In this document: in pieces, positions 63,245 to 64,000 of the stretch
Layout of the letters: each line of letters begins with the position of its first letter
Numbering within the stretch: position 1 is the first letter of the stretch
Source of the DNA: a bacterium
GTDB taxonomy: Bacteria; Patescibacteriota; Patescibacteriia; Patescibacteriales; UBA12465
Assembly: GCA_035414245.1 (NCBI GenBank)
Contig: DAONYH010000001.1
Coordinates: 41,501 to 105,500, forward strand
Direction: 5' to 3'
Length of the DNA: 64,000 nucleotides
Program-made: the position numbers and the translations under genes
Notes under the pieces: generated by a model
Told to the model about the DNA's origin: nothing
The model's database searches: none
What the model saw: only the letters and a program-made list of their open reading frames with translations

Positions 63245-64000
63245 TTAAATCTCAAAACTATCTTCTAAATTAGGGATATAAACTTCCAAACCAGGAAGTT
63301 CTTTTTTAATTAGTTCAGCCAAGGCAAATCTGGCTTCATTTTCACCATGAACTAAAAATATTTTTTTCAAACCCTTAATTTTCTTCGCATAACGAAGCAA
63401 ACCGGAACGATCAGCGTGCGCGCTCAATTGATCAAGTTTCATAATCCGCGCCTTAACTTCTAATTCTTCCCCTAATACTTTAACGCGCTTGGCACCTGAT
63501 TCCAATTTTCTGCCCAAAGTATTTTCTGCTTGATAACCGGTTAAAAGCACGGTTGACTTTTCATTTCCTAAATCATTTTTTAAATGATGCAGAATACGTC
63601 CTCCTTCTAACATACCTGATGAAGCAATGATAATGGCTGGCCCACGGAGATTATTTAATAAACGAGATTCGGCGACAGTATCAATGTAGTTAATATGTTT
63701 GGCAGAAAACGGTGAATCACCACTCATTAAAAAATCCTGCCAAGCTTCCAAATCAAAATCTTTAGTAAAGCGTTCAAAAACCTCGGTAATGCTATTACTT
63801 AAAGGGCTATCAATATAAACAGGAACAGCGGCAATTTGTTTATCTTTATAAAGTTTATGAAGAATATAAATTATTTCCTGCGTGCGACCAAGCGCAAAAG
63901 CCGGAACAATGATACGACTCTTGGTTTTAATAATTTCCGCCACCAATTTTTTTAGAACTTCATAAGCATCGGCAATTGGCGGATGATCACGATCACCATA
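63245..64000 (-). CDS. beta-CASP MBL-fold ribonuclease, N-terminus beyond window edge
   Basis: The frame stays open to nt 64000 (YGDRDHPPIADAYEVLKK-L-VAEII...). IIVPAFALGRTQE is beta-CASP motif A. LSAHADRSGLL and the RMMBL-type C-terminus are also present. Confidence 0.8.
   Translation of the reverse strand, partial: YGDRDHPPIADAYEVLKKLVAEIIKTKSRIIVPAFALGRTQEIIYILHKLYKDKQIAAVPVYIDSPLSNSITEVFERFTKDFDLEAWQDFLMSGDSPFSAKHINYIDTVAESRLLNNLRGPAIIIASSGMLEGGRILHHLKNDLGNEKSTVLLTGYQAENTLGRKLESGAKRVKVLGEELEVKARIMKLDQLSAHADRSGLLRYAKKIKGLKKIFLVHGENEARFALAELIKKELPGLEVYIPNLEDSFEI

Overview
This is a low-GC, very gene-dense window. It holds about 64 protein genes, all on the minus strand except rnhB, an OmpR-type response regulator and greA. 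It also holds tRNA-Trp(CCA) and tRNA-Tyr(GUA). I found no rRNA, CRISPR array, transposase or integrase. Several features read like a streamlined Patescibacteria/CPR (Parcubacteria-like) chromosome: a DUF4012 protein, a sigma-region-4/HARE-HTH protein, a T4SS-type pilin, domain-minimised enzymes and tiny spacers. That taxonomic call is inference. The standard code applies, since TGA is used as a stop at 41753.

The housekeeping blocks are:
- sodB, rlmN, eno, pyk and tgt.
- An envelope block (DUF4012, an Ig-repeat protein, GT4, GT2, rfbA-like, rfbD).
- The dcw operon (mraZ, rsmH, ftsL, ftsI, murF).
- cysS, hisS and asnS.
- A MacAB-like ABC exporter with an unusually long adaptor.
- Rubrerythrin, desulforedoxin, rpmG and mutM.

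The most interesting loci are:
1. A type I R-M operon beside tRNA-Trp that carries extra parts. These are an HTH gene, a frameshifted hsdM, a DUF3800 gene, a candidate plus-strand sRNA, and an unrecognised two-TM gene coupled between hsdS and hsdR (the PrrC position).
2. A membrane cluster of an SPFH protein, two membrane proteins sharing a ~96% identical 288-nt 3' module, and an orphan pilin.
3. A recurrent pattern in which the stop-proximal end of a gene is tandemly duplicated into the downstream spacer.

All family names come from motif recognition by eye. No database search was run.
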